Below are positions 1-16,250 of a stretch of DNA of 64,000 bases, piece by piece (the stretch's first letter is position 1; each line of letters starts with the position of its first letter). The notes beneath the pieces are model-generated. The model was given only the letters and a program-made list of their open reading frames with translations, was not told the DNA's origin and made no database searches. This stretch comes from the human T2T-CHM13v2.0 reference genome, Homo sapiens: NCBI RefSeq assembly GCF_009914755.1, contig NC_060944.1. One strand, 5' to 3'. The position numbers and the translations under genes are program-made.

Positions 1-1129
1 CAACCATGCCTACAATGTTACAACCAATGTACATCTTGGCTTGCAGAAACTGGTCCCACCAAGATATGTTCCATGTTTTGCAGAAAGGATGAAACTTGGG
101 ACTGATATGGCCACCAATATCTGAGCTTGAAAACTTCGGTGGAAGTTAATGTCTCTTTGCACTCCTTCATGTGTTTGTTATCACAGTGCTACTTTTAATA
201 TCTTTCTTTGTGAGCTAAGTAGCCATCACGTTAGCATACTGCTTTTAAAATGTTGTAAAACCTTTAGAGAATATATTCAAAAGGAATGATTCCTCCCTCT
301 CCCTCATTCTTTCCATATCATGTCTGAGATAATAAAGACATAAACAAAGTCAACTGGAACACCTTCCAAAAAGGTTGAATGGGAAAAAGATGGCTACTTG
401 TCTGTAAAGCCCCAAGGTAAGCTATTTTTAAGTTGGTGCACCCAAAACCATGATTTTTCACCTTGATCTTGACTAATGTAATTAATTTAATATGCATTTG
501 TAATAGAAAGAATATAAAATATGTACAGAGTTCTTTAGTCTTAAAATGAGACATGAATCTCTTAGGTCAGTAGCCACTGGGCATGAGCCTGTGCCAGGTG
601 AGGTGTCAACTGTATACAACGGTAGGGGTTGAGAGACAGGAAAGACCCCTTCTGGCTGGAGTAATTAAGGAAAGTTTATGGAGGAAAAGGTATCTTGTAT
701 GAGTCTTGAAATAAGGGTAGGATTCTGTTAGTCAGGCATTGAGAGTGGAAGGCAACATACACAAAAATATAAAACCGTGAAAAGACAAGCGATAACTGGG
801 AACATAAAGCTAGAAGATGTTGCATAGGGCACTGCAGGAAGAACAAGACTAGAAAAGTAGGTGGAAACTGATTTTCTGAGACCTGAAGCCAGACTGAGGA
901 GGTGAAGGGTGACTAGTGGAGTCCTTGGGAAAGTGTGAAGTAGAGAAGGACATAATTAAAATGTCACTTTCAGGAGATTGCTTCAATGTGGAGTGCAGAA
1001 TTTGTTGGAGTAGGGAGGGACAGTGATTAGGGGAGTCTGTTAGGAGGCTTCTGCCATGCAGTTCAGGTATCTCTTAGATAAAAGTACATGAATTAATGTG
1101 GTAATAACGGAGGCTTGCCATTTCCAGCT

Positions 1130-2305
1130 TCTCGCCTCTAAGTCAATTCTCAACCTACTGTTATTTGACTTCCTCTGCTGAACACATTCTGGACAGAACT
1201 TATTATTTCCCTCTCAAATCTGCTCCTTCTCTTATATTCCATATCTCACTCATGACACCACCAATGTCAGCCGAACCAAATAATTTCAAGTCAATCCTGG
1301 CTCCTTTCTCTGCTGAACCCTTCTTCATCCAAATGACCTCTAGTCTTCCTTATCTAACCATATACACATTTCTTAAATCAGCCCCTCGTGACAAACCATG
1401 CTATCTCTATTTAGCTCATCCTACCATTGTACAATCACATTATCCTAGTGTGATCACAGTGATCAGATCTCTCTCATCCAGCCATGGTAAAATAGCGTAG
1501 TGGTTCAACATTTGAATTTCAACCCAAACTTCCTGGGTTCAAAGCCATATACTCACACCTTTAGCTCTATGGCCACGGACAGATTTAGCTCTTTTTGCTT
1601 CCATTTCTTTATCTGTAAGATGGTAAATCAGAGTAGGCTGTTAGGAGTTACATGAGCTAATATTTGCCTAGCACTTAGAATGACATCTGGCATGTCATAG
1701 GTGCTATATAATGTTTTCTATTTTAATTAAAATAGAAAATAATCCACCCTTCCACTAATGCATGATGTTAACCATGCCTCTCTTCCTTAACTCTGTAGGC
1801 TGGAATCTAAGCTGGGTAACAAAACGTAGAAACTTTTCCATGGTCTGACCCCTGCTTCATCCTCCCATCTCATCTCCTACCCTCGCCTCACAGTTTGTGT
1901 TTAGATAATATTGTGTCACATGAAGTTCTCCAAGTCCACCACACTCAACCATGCCTTCCTGGTTCTCCTCCGAAGAGTCTGCCTGCTTGCCTTGTCCCCA
2001 TCCCCCTCTCCTCAGTACTGCTTACTCATTCCTGAAATGCCAGCTCAGGCATCAGGCATCATTTCCCCCCAGGCAGCCTTCCGTGAACGTGCAGGCCGGG
2101 TTAAGTGCCTCCTCTCTCCACCTACAAGATAATTTGATCACGGCACGAATAGTATAGTGCTGAAATCATCTTTATGATCCTGCTCCCAGATCTGACTGAA
2201 AACTTCTTGAGGGCAGGAGCTGTGTCATATTCACCTCTAAACCCCACAGAGACAAGAGCCATGCTAGACATATAGTAGGTTTTCATAAGCATTTATTGAA
2301 GTAAA
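1130..2305 (+). mobile_element. L2 LINE relic interrupted by a MIR
   Basis: L2-like 3' terminus (catatagtagg...catttattgaa) at about 2265-2300; pyrimidine-rich L2-type body. Confidence 0.55.
1490..1718 (+). mobile_element. MIR SINE
   Basis: MIR-like core (cctgggttcaaa...tttctttatctgtaagatgg...gcacttagaa...tggcatgtcataggtgct). Confidence 0.7.
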
Positions 2306-2599
2306 GAAAATAATTCAACAGGGTTGGCAATTAACTAAATGTGGAAGTAGCAAGACAGAGGGAGATTGGAAGCTGATTCCAAAGTTTGAAGTCCAAGTTA
2401 ACTCAAAGATCAAGGTCATATTTATAGAAACAGGGAAGTCAGAAGGAGGAACTTTTTTGAAAGGAAAGGAAAAAAAAAACCCTAATGAGTTAATTTTTAA
2501 ACAAACTGAGTTGGAGATGCCAACAAAATATGCAGTTAGAAAATAGACCCTGTGGTACTAGAAAAAGGCCGTGGTAGGTTTGAGGGTCATTGAATTTGT

Positions 2600-2950
2600 C
2601 ATAGTTTAGTAGATTATGCTGCCTAACAAACAGCCCCCAAATCTCAGTGGGTTATAATTGCAAAAGCCTATTGCTGCTCACACAGCATGTCTCCTGTGAG
2701 TCAGTTGCAGCTCTGCCTGGGGCTTTGTTAACTCTGTTCAGGGTTACGTGTGCATCTGGTGCGTACTGTTCTCATAGTGAAAGGTCAGAATAAGAAGGGA
2801 CACGGAGCCAACCACACAAGCACATTTAAAGTCTTGCTCAGAAGTGACATACATAATTTCCACTCATATCCCATTGGCCAAAGCAAGTCCCATAGCCAAG
2901 CCTGAAGTCAGTGGAGTGAGGAGGCATGGTAACGACAAGGGAATAAAATA
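2600..2950 (-). mobile_element. Old MaLR LTR (MLT1J/K/L-like)
   Basis: ccccaaatctcagtgg and cccattggccaaagcaagtc motifs typical of antisense MLT1. Confidence 0.55.
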
Positions 2951-3744
2951 TTATGAACAAATATCGCACTCAGCACAGTGAGGACGGAGGGAATTGTGTG
3001 TGTAGACCAGATCATACACTTAATTTCCCATTGCGGGGGAAAGAGAAACCAAAGAAGGAAGAAAGAAAATAGCATAAAGGTAATCAGAGAGGTAAAGAAG
3101 AGAACTAAAACTATAAGTTATAATGCAAGTTTTAAAAGACAGGAATCCGAGAGAAGAGAAGGTAGGTTCATTGTCCAACACTGCCAATGTCAATGAAAAC
3201 AAGAACAGCATGTGACTATGAGGAGGAAAATGGAGCCACTTAAGAGAAAGGATTCATTAGCTATCCTGAGCCCATTTCTGCACAGATTTCTGGTCTTTCA
3301 GATACTTGGCTAATGTCGATTTAAAATAACTTTCGCTGGAGATTGTTTAGAATAGGTTTTCACAGCAATTCCTACAGCAGCTGAGTTGTGTGGATTAGAA
3401 GGTAAGCTAAGAGCACACAATACAGAACTTCTAACTCTCATCAAATATCAGGAGAATTGTCACAAGGGGCAAGAGACCCCTCCAGGCTCTGGGCTTGTCT
3501 AGAGAGGAAGATTACTGACAGTAGCTGCATGATCCTAGCCAACAGACTTGCTAAGAGGAGAATCTTTTACAACTGAGAAAGTAAAAAAATGGAGTGGTAG
3601 CCTTCATCAAAAATGGAGTTGTCGCCCTCATGAAACAATCATCTCAATGCCGTTGGAGTTTTCAAGCAGAATCTAGTCCACCATACAACAAACATGCGGA
3701 AAAGTGCATGCACTGGACAAAAAGACCAACAGATATATCTATAC

Positions 3745-3803
<59 letters not shown>
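3745..3803. repeat. (ATCT)14 tetranucleotide microsatellite
   Basis: Uninterrupted ATCT units at 3745-3800 plus ATC. Confidence 0.97.
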
Positions 3804-3807
3804 ATCA

Positions 3808-4402
<595 letters not shown>

Positions 4403-6892
4403 ACTTAAATACATTTTGAAAAGCAATAAAGTAGCCTTTGAAATGTTTGCTGATGACTATTGTGAGCAATTTTAATTAGTAGTATTCTTTTTGTTGAAGT
4501 TAAAAATCTGTATCAGTATGAGAGATTGATCGAATTCCATTCTTTATGAAGATACAGGAAAATGTGTGTTCAGTTATGGCCACATTTACCTGCCAATGAC
4601 TTGTTGGGAATTAAGAAACATTCCTCTAAGAATGCTCTTTGTGAAACCTACTTTTAAGAGTTGCTAGTCTTGTTTGCCTTGTAAATCATATTTGTATTAA
4701 CAGTTTAAAATGTAGTTTGTGGTATATATTTTTGGAAACTCGAAGGAAACTCCCCTGAGATGTTTAGGAATTGTAACTGCTTTAAGGAGAGAGAGAATAT
4801 AAAGATTCTCATTTGATTAAATAAACTACTTCCGCTTATTGTTTGAAATTCAGCCTCAGTGGAAACTTTATATTCCATTATTTGCTTTTTCCTGAGAAGT
4901 TCTTGGCACATTGTGAACTGGAGGGTACAACGCAAAGGACATTAGGCTTTCAGTCTGGGAATGCTTTAGAGACAGGTGACCAGTGCTTCAGAATGTCTGC
5001 TTGGAAGCTATGGTGGAATGTTTGTACAGGTATATAAGAGGGCACAGACAAGCACACCAGGATACAGAGAGACATCTGGATGTGGGAGCAACTCTTATGG
5101 CCATTTAATGCCCACCATCTTTATTTTATAGGAAAATACCAGGGATGTGCCCAAGGCCACTCATGCCAAGTATGGACTAGGCTAAATTCTACTAAACTCA
5201 TCGAGTGCTTGCTAAGCACCCACTGTGTGCATCTGTTGGCCACAGTCATTTGGAAATTATGATATATCCAGAGCATGTGGTTATATAAATATTGTTCTTA
5301 CAAATCTCTAGGTGAGACAACCAAGTACAAGGCAGGTACTGCTACTCCCCCAGTGTCACATAGCACGTAAATGGCAGAAGGGAGTCCGGAATCCAAGTCT
5401 CCTCCTATCAACCCAGTAACTTACACTTATGTTACAACTGGAAAAACTGTGAGCACCACAGTTCATTTTCACGTACGGTTACATACAAGACACAACAATT
5501 TGCCCTAATTGTATCCCCTCACTTTCAGAGGAGTAATCCTCAACCCAAACTCCAGTCTGCTGAAGATATTCTCATCAACAGCTTTGTTTTATTTTAAACC
5601 AAGGCTTTCTTTCCACTCTGAAATGCCACCAGCAATTATAGGACCAGAAGGAATATCCATTTCAGTTCAACTGTTGTCATAAAATATTAATCATCTCGGC
5701 AAGTAGCCATTTCCAAACTGCCTGTATTCTGCATCGATATTTTCTTTAGAAACATACCAATACCTGTGTATCCATAGAGAATACAAGAGTTTGCAAATAT
5801 TTTGAGAGTTTAGAGGCTAATCACTGCTGAGTCATAAAAAAATTCTCTTCTTTGTTTTGATGCCAACAGTTGTGCCATTAAAATAAAAAAACTCATTGCT
5901 GCTCTATCCTTGGTAGCATGGAGACTCATGGATTTCCTTTGAATTTTTCAGCTCTACTCAGGAGCCCAGTTCAAGGGCCAATAAGCCCACCTAGTTGAAG
6001 TCCCTCATGAGGGTGCCCTGAAGGGAGAATTTGGCTGGAAAAAGGCCAAGGTTAGATAGAAAACCTTAGAATTAACTAACTAAGACGTAATCAACAATAA
6101 TAAAAATAAAAGTTACTGGTTTTGGACACGTAATATATGCCAGGAACTTTCAATACATTATTACTCTCACAAACCAGGGATGCTTACAAATTATGGATGC
6201 TTCTCAACATTTTCCAGAAATCGATGCTGTGAGTTTTATGTTACTCAAGTTTGTCCAAGTAGAAAGTGGCAGACCTGAAGCTGAGAGACAGGAGTGTACA
6301 ACTTAAAGATTCCATTCTTTCTTTCTATGCCATGTTGTTGCTCTCAAAATACTACCTCTCACTTATCGATTACTAATAGAATAGAAACTTATCTGCACTA
6401 TCCTTACAGCACTATTCTCATAGCCTTCCTGCTTATAAATAGGCATCATCATCCTTTTGCAAACACAGAAGCTGAAGCTGAAGAAGTTCCATTTATGATA
6501 GTAAAAGAGGGTGCTAACCCACAGAGCCAGGTCTCTGGGCCACAAACCCTTCCAGCCAGGCTGCCTCTCAATGGATCAATGGAAGGGAAGCTCCATGCAC
6601 TTAGGACAGAAATGTCAGTAGCTGGAGTTCAGCTAGTGACCTAAAACGCTGATCTTCTCTTTACAACCCCCAGATTCCCTCTAGAAATGCCCACTTTCCA
6701 CCCTCATTTCCTTGAGCCCCACGATGGTGTTGACACCCCCAAGTTGGCTCTGTTATCAAACAAATTCCCTAAAAGATCATGGAGACCAAGGTCCTGAGAA
6801 ATCATTGCATCCTGAATAGCCCATTAGTTAATTTTAATAAAGTGCTAAGAATTGTTCTTGGCACATGAAGACTTGTTATAATTATTCATCAT

Positions 6893-7087
6893 CAGGGTAC
6901 AGTGGCTCACGCCTGTAATCCCAACACTTTGGGAGGCTGAGGTGGGCAGATCACTTGAGTTCAGGAGTTCATGACCAGCCTGGCCAACATGGTGAAACCC
7001 CATCTCTACTAAAATACAATAACTAGCCAGACGTGACGGTGCGTGCCTGTAATCCCAGCTAAATTATAAAAAATTTTAAAAAAGAAA
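6893..7087 (+). mobile_element. AluS lacking most of the right monomer
   Basis: Left monomer, A-linker, about 35 nt of right arm, then an A-rich tail; flanked by aattattcatcat / aattagtcatcat. Confidence 0.85.
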
Positions 7088-7249
7088 AATTAGTCATCAT
7101 ACTATTTATAACAACATTTCTGCATAGAATTGCCTACTGCCACATCAAGTCCACATGTTTCTTTTTCTCCTACCTCTTTCTTTAGAAATGCTACCTGGTA
7201 AGTGATCAAAGATCAAAGCTAACACTAGCAATAAGAGTTATTGTCATAA

Positions 7250-8100
7250 TATATCCTCTGATGCGCTGCCTTGAGGAGAATCTAGCATCACTTTTTTGGT
7301 GTTTCTGTCAAAAATTCATAACTTCAGTCTAATCATGAGTAAAAAATATCAGATAAATCCAAACAGACATTCTTCGAAATAACTGAGCAGTACTCGTCAC
7401 AAGTGAAAATATCATGAAAGAAAAGGAAAGATTAAAAAAACTGTCACGGATTGGGAAAAAAGGTGACATAACAACTAAATGGGATGTGGGATCCTAGACT
7501 AGATCCTGTAACATAAAGAGGATGTTCCTGGAAAAATTAGTACAATTCACAAAAACATATGTAGTTTAGTTAACATTGTACTGTGAAATTCAACTAAAGT
7601 TGACCTGAGGATGCCTTCATACTTTGAGGCCTTAGCAAATTGCAACCTAACTTGGTACATAAACTAACTGAAAGCCTAACTTAGTTATTATTTTGTAATA
7701 AATAGCTTTGTCTCAGCCAATCACAGGCTTCCAGTGATTATTAGTCCATGTTCAAATAAGGCAAGCACAGAACGGGAGTCAATCAAAGCTGTCTCTGTAC
7801 CTCACTTCTGTTTTCTGTTCATAAAGTCTGCCTCCCCATGTTGTGAGGAGAGCTCTCTGAATGTTTTCTGGTTCTGAGGGCTGCCCAATTCGAGAGTTGT
7901 TCTCTGCTCAATTAAGTTCTGTTAAACTTAATTTTTCTAGTTTTTCTTTTAACAATACCAATGTTAATGGCCCTGTTTTGATCACTGTATTATGGTCATA
8001 TAAGGAGTTAATATCAGAGGAAGTGGGGTAAAGGGCATCCAGGAATTCTTGTACTATTTTTGCAACTTTTCTGTAAATCTAAAATTATTTCAAAGTAAAA
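7250..8100 (+). mobile_element. L1MC-type 3'UTR fragment interrupted by an LTR
   Basis: gacataacaactaaatg..gtgggatcct..gatcctg motif and 3' end ctttgtactatttttgcaactttt.tgtaaatctaaaattattt. Confidence 0.65.
7582..7954 (+). mobile_element. ERV1 solo LTR (MER57-like)
   Basis: TG...CA termini, CCAAT motif (agccaatcac), end ttcttttaaca, 4-bp TSD gtac/atac. Confidence 0.7.
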
Positions 8101-8103
8101 GAC

Positions 8104-8168
8104 TTTTTTTTTTTTTTTTTTTTGTTTGTTTGTTTGTTTGTTTGTTGGTTCGTTTTGTTTTGTTTTTT
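8104..8168. repeat. poly(T)/(TTTG)n low-complexity tract
   Basis: T20 followed by TTTG repeats. Confidence 0.9.
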
Positions 8169-8189
8169 AAGTTTTGGTTGGTAAGTTGG

Positions 8190-8435
8190 GAGAAAGCTTG
8201 AAATCAGACTGAGGAGGTAAAACCAGTCTTGTTGGGTTGGAATCCCAGTTCAACCACTTTGACCTGTGTGGCCTCAAAGAAGTTCCCCAAACCTATCTAA
8301 GCTTGGGTTTCTCAATTGTCAAATGTGAACAATAATCGCTATCTCACAGGTTTGTCACAAGTGTAGACAGTAACACACGTAAAGTGTGTAGCATAGTGTT
8401 TGACATACAGTAAGTGTGCAAACTAGAAGCTATTG
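8190..8435 (+). mobile_element. MIR SINE
   Basis: gggttggaatcccagttcaaccact..tgtgtggcct...gcatagtg..tgacatacagtaagtg. Confidence 0.65.
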
Positions 8436-8587
8436 TCATCTTTAACCAATATATGTCATTTTTCCTCTGAGATGGTTATATTTTTAAAAATCCTCAATAG
8501 GGCATTGACTGGTAACAGTTCATTGTATTGCCTTTCTAGGAATATTTGCATTTTAATAAAATTAGTTTGATGCCATGAGAGAATTCA

Positions 8588-9270
8588 GTAGCAGATTGTA
8601 TTTTCTAAAGGTGACATCAACAATATCTCCCATCGTACAATCTTTTCAGAAACTTTCCATTCCTCCATCAAAGGTAGAATCTATGTACCCTCCTCTGGTA
8701 TATGCAAGATTTTGTAAATGCCTTGGCCAATAGAGCATGGTAGAAGTGGTGGCATGTGATTTCCAAGGATAGGTCTTTAAAATGACATACATTTTAGCCT
8801 GTTCTCTTGTGTTGCTCATTCTTGGGACATAGCCACCATGCTGTAATAAAATCTAAGCGGCTCTTTAATAAAAATAAATAGACAGGCATGGTGGCACGCA
8901 CCTGTAATTTCAACTACTTGAGAGGCTGAAACAGGAAGATCACTTGAATTCAGGAGTTTGAGGCTATGTGATCAAAGTCACTGATCATGCCTCTGCATTG
9001 CAGCAGCTCATGGAGAGGTCCATGTGGCTTCTGACCATATCCCTAGCTGAGCTCCCAGGTGATAGCCAGCACCCACTGGCCAACCATTTGAATGAACTGT
9101 CTTGATAGCAAGCACATCATCCAGCTCCCAGTCAAGCCACTCAGCTAACACCACACAGAGAAGATACGGCCAGCCCCACTGCACCCTTCTCCACTTACAA
9201 ATTTGTAAGCAAAATATATTATTGTTATTTTCACCCATTAAGCTTTTGGGTGGTTTATTAGACACATCTT
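8588..9270 (+). mobile_element. MLT1G/H-like MaLR LTR containing an Alu monomer (FRAM/FLAM, about 8881-9000)
   Basis: MLT1 motifs (ggccaatagagcatggtagaagtg, ccagctcccagtcaagcc) and Alu monomer gacaggcatggtggcacgcacctgtaat. Confidence 0.65.
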
Positions 9271-10229
9271 TGTAACATATGATGACAGAAAATTCTCATA
9301 GAGAAGGGAGCAGGAATAGAAATGGGATTTTTAAAAATGTGGACAGATTTGAGAATTGGAGCTAGGAATGGGCTTGGGTAGACTTGAGAAATATTTGGTG
9401 GGCTTGAAGTCGGTTCATCCTTTCCACAATGCAAGAGAAGTAAAAAGTAGTTTTGTCCAGCAGGCTAGAAATGGGAACAAAGTGAGAATATCTAGATGGG
9501 GCCAATAGAGTAGGGCAGGGTCCTGGTGTGGATTCTCAGGGAAGATGGTGTCTAGAGTCAATATCAAAGTTAGTCCCCAGGGCTGGCCTACCGTAGTAGA
9601 TGAAGATTGGGGTTTGAGGTGCCAATTGATCATGCTACTTTTTCCATCTTGGTTTAAATCAGTTGAGAACAGACCCAACGAGAATTCAAGTCCAGTATCA
9701 GTGTTTTGACCTCCAAATGACGGATTTCCTGTATTTTGCCTTTGAGAAAGACAGGGCTTGCGTTTAAGGGCAAAGGGGAGCTGCCCACTCCTTCACATCC
9801 TCATCTAGAACTCGCCCGCAGGAAGACCTGGGTTTGTGGAGCAGACACTGGGCAGACCATGGGGGTCACTCCCTGGCTCACACCCCAGGAAGGAGCCCCC
9901 AAAGTTTTAGGCCTATCTCTAAGAGGCCAGCCCCACCTGACCTGCACCAGGAGTGAGAATAAACACCTGGGAGCAGGGACCTGCCAGAGACAGGGCCAAA
10001 AACAAAGAGCCCAGTCCACGTGGAGAACTGACTCTGCCCCATCTCACCATCAACTATTAATATGTCATTCTTCATCCTGCAGAGGAGGAATTAGGAAAGA
10101 GACAAGAGAGAAAGGAGAAGCTTCCTCCCCATACTTTCTGAGGGGGTGAAGTGTCCTAGGTAGAGTCTGAGTCAAGGCTTTGGGTGACAAGAGCAGTTTC
10201 CTAATTAAGTGCAGGCATGTGTCTATGCA

Positions 10230-10720
<491 letters not shown>

Positions 10721-11879
10721 TTCAGAAGACATACACACAGCTTATCTTGTTTAATTCTCACATCATTCGTCATTGACAAATGAGGGAACTGTGGCTGATG
10801 AGGAATGAGGGTCTTATCTAAGCTCATACAACACTAAGCAAAAGACCTAGGCTTCAAATATGTCTTATGATGGCGACATGAAGATTCTTTTCACTGAACT
10901 ATAGCTGTTTCCTGGAGTAAATGCAAAACATAGAGAGAAACCCAGGCATCTTATGGGCATTTAAGAAACAGAGGTGGTTATTTTGTATGCTCATCATTAA
11001 AAAAATTGGATTATTGTTAATTTTGCAATTCCTTTTGAAAAATTCCAAAATTTCTTGTAAATATCAAGAAAAAAAGAACAAGAAAAGCTTGCATGTTTGT
11101 TTGTTTTATGTCAACGTAGAGCAGCAGAGGTAGAAAGGGTTGAGTGCCCTTTAGGAACAACCATGGTTGTACTAGCAGCCACCCTATTGCCTAGAGACTG
11201 GGCGAAATCTGGCATCATTAGACTAAGGAGTTGCTGGCTATTGCTGATAATTCTTTTTCAAAAAATCATTCATTTCTTTAGAGATGAAAAGCCTTAGCCA
11301 AAACAAGTATATCTACAACAGTACTATTTCAAAAAGTATTAGGGAAGATACTTTGAGGATGATGAGAGCTTTATATTACCCTTCCTATTGATTCATTTGA
11401 CTTGCACCTGTGATGCCAAACTCTCCATTAGTTTTTCCTAACCACTTAATTAACTTTTTGAAAAACCAGGACCAAAGACCAACCATTGAGAAGGACTCGT
11501 GTAGGTCATGATCTGATGAGGGCAATTTGCTATGCCTCCTTTTTTATGTTGCCAAAACGAGGACCAGAACTCTTGTGGACATTTCCAAAGATTCACACCA
11601 ATATTATGATGTATCCTTATGTAGTTACCACAAGTATTTATATTTCCAAGTAGATCTTGATGCCTTACTTAGCACAACTGAACCTATTATCACAACTGTT
11701 TGTGACTTCTTGGTGACCTGGACTGTGAGGCAGCTGCTCCGGCCTCATGACCCCATTTTATGAACCAAAGTTAGTAGCATGCCTAGCCAGCAATTCCTCA
11801 GTTCTTGTGATGTGTGTGTGCATTTACGTGTGTATGTGTGTGTAAATGAAGGTAGAGGATTGAAAATACAAAAGAAATT

Positions 11880-12990
<1,111 letters not shown>

Positions 12991-13074
12991 TCTTTCTTAG
13001 CTTAAAATCTCCTTCTGTCTTCTCTATTTTCTTTACTCCTTGGAGGACTATTAACTGCTTTCCATTAAAAACCC

Positions 13075-13495
13075 CAAATATCCAACAGCATGTAGACAAA
13101 TACACTGTGGCATATTCATACACTAGCACACTATGCAACAATAAAAAATAAATGATCTCTGGGTACCCACAGCATACATAAAACTCAAAACCATCATGAC
13201 AAGCCAAGTAGGCCAAATACAAAAGAATACATGTAATATTCTACTTGTATGACATTCTAAAACAGGCAGAACCAATGTAGAGTGACAACAGATCAGTGGT
13301 TTCCGTGAGTCAGGAGGCAGAGTTGACTGCAAAAAGGCGCGAGGGAACATTTTAATGTGATGGAAATGTCCTGTCTTGATTTCAGTAGTGGTTACATGGG
13401 TCTATCCATTTATTACAACTCCTTGAACTATATACTTAAAATGGATAATTTAATTGTATTAAATTATACCTCAATAAAGTTTATTTTAAAAGAAA
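13075..13495 (+). mobile_element. Old L1M (L1ME-like) 3' end
   Basis: aaaacaggcagaaccaat..gatcagtggtt...aattatacctcaataaagtt terminus. Confidence 0.7.
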
Positions 13496-13497
13496 CC

Positions 13498-13770
<273 letters not shown>

Positions 13771-15929
13771 CCCTTTACTGAGCCCTACCATGTGTAACCC
13801 ATAAGATATGGTGAAATTAGGGCTTTTCATAGGCCACAGTGATCAGTCAAGATGCCCGTAGACCCATGTGTACTCCACCCAAGAATCCTATCTTTCTAGA
13901 AGGAAAGGCCGAGTTGCCAACACCCGTTGAAATAACTGTTTTTATTGAAGACATCACAAAAGGCTGGTTCTGGCTACCTTGGCCACCTCATACCCCACAA
14001 ATGGTTTTGTTTCCGCTCACTTACGGCTGCCTGCCAGTCACCCAGTAAGCAAGCCAGCACACTTAACAAGCTGGCCCATCACCACATTTAAAATATACAA
14101 CGCAAATGCAGGCATTTCCAAACCCTGTGCTGGGGAAAGAAACCTCCCCAGTGAGTTTTCCCAACATTTTACCTTTTAGAAGCCAAACTGCAGTCATTTT
14201 TCCCTTTGACTCTCAAGGGAAATCTGACAGGGACCACGTTTCAGAAAACTTGTCTCCCATAGAGCACCAGAGCTGCGGTATTTTAATAGCCTCTCTCAGC
14301 CCCTCCCCTGGGAACATATTATTATGTGATCATTAGTGATGGGCAAACCTCACTGGGTTTCCAGGTTTGAGTCTGTGCCAAAAGTTCAGAGTTCTTCCTT
14401 TCTTGACAACTCAAAATCTCCCCTATTTTTCCCTTTTATTTATTCATTTGTTTGTTTATGTGTGCTTTGCTTGGTTTCTTCCTATCTTACCACACTCTCC
14501 AGCCTTTTCTCCACTTTACACACAGAAGAAAGGAAGGAGATGGGGCAGAAAGCATGAGTTTCTTGCTGGTTTCTCTCCATTGAGGTGCACTGGATGAAAC
14601 AGAATTGTAATCAGGCCCCAATTACTGGCACAACCAGAAAAGAGTGACTAGACACCTGCTATACGCCCAGGACCACAATTCCGGGGGTGCCCAGTGAGTT
14701 TGTAGGTGAGTAAAGGATAAAGGCTTTTCTTAGAAGGGTTCCCATTCCAACTGGGATGCTGGGACAAACAGGCCAATAGATGTGTTGACGAAGGCATGCA
14801 GACATTGCTCCACCAATATACTTTAAGGACTAAGCAGTCAAGTTTACAGGAAGACTGAATGCGGTGCATTAAGAAGTTGTAAAACAAACGTGAACATTCT
14901 TCATTTGTGGCGACAATTGCTGTTTCTGGAATACAAGAATAAGGCATTGAATTCATTATATTGAAATTCAAACACTCCAACTGAAGATTCCTGTCTATAT
15001 TTTCCCCTCTAGAAAATGGGAGCACTAATATTTATTCCATGAGCTATATTGTTGGTTATGGAGCTAAGTGGAGTACTGAATTTATAAGTTAGGGATTACA
15101 TTCAATTCAAATCCATTGAGCCTTGGCCACAAGGCTGACACTCAGGCCTGTGTTTGTAAACTGGACCCACTAGCCAGGGATTCATAGGGTCATGGGGACA
15201 GTGGGGACACATAGTCTCAAGCCCTTCCCATCTTCCATTAGAGGAATCCCAGAATACAACGTGTCCCATGACCTTGTAGAAGGCTGGGAATGTCCAGGTC
15301 AGAGGCAACAGCTGGCCTAGGAGGGCTGCCAGAATTTCCGGGACACTGATGCATTCAGAATAGGAGAAAAGGGAACATTGGAGGGGGTGCCTGGCAGGGG
15401 GGAAAGGGAGAGGAAAGCAGAGGGAGCTCAGAACTGATAAATTCAGATTTGTGTGTTTCACTCAGCCTGAAAACACCAGTGAATCACTTATGCTAATTCG
15501 TCTTTTCTCTTTAACACATTTTCTCCAGTTTGTCTGAAACTATACTGTGTCTACTATGAATAATTTCACACAGTTACAACACAAAATTTGTTTTTCTGCC
15601 CAAAAAGCAGTCACTTGTTCTTGGACCAGATTCTCCCAATGTGTCCTAAATCAGGGAGATCATTTCTGCCACGGTTAAGGCCTTCCCACTGTTTTCTGTG
15701 AGGCTGCACTTCTTAACATACCTGTTCCTTACAGAAATTTGCTAACAGACTAAGCAGATTTGTGTCCTAATCATTTTTTTGTTTTCTTTACAGAACATTT
15801 TGATTCTCCCTTAACCTTTATCATATTGATTGCTGTTGGTAGACAGTCTTGGGGCAGAAAAAAAAATGTGTTCAGAATACTGTAATTTATGAGTATTGTC
15901 ATTTTATGATTGCATTGATTTTTATTTTA

Positions 15930-16250
15930 AAAGTGGTTTGCAAACTGAAAATTGACAGAAGGTAGAAATGCATAGAATCGATAATGATATCAGAAATGCA
16001 CAAAATATCTAAAACAAGGAAGGTAACTAGATTTCATCTCAGGTGCCAACCCCATCAATTAGTAGTGACTGCTGGCAATGTTGTTCTAAGACGGAACCTG
16101 AGGCCACTTCCAGCCTTAGCAGGAAAAAGGGCCAGGAGTTGATTAGTAATGTCTGCCATTGCGGTGCCTTTATGGTGAGTGGGGAAGGGGATGGGCAATG
16201 GGGTGTCAGCACAGACATGTATATTCTATTTCTGGTCTTGGCAAATGTTC
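15930..16250. mobile_element. hAT-Charlie relic (MER102-like)
   Basis: ctgaggccac..gccttagcagg...ttgattagtaatgtctgcc resembles the recalled consensus. Confidence 0.4.
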
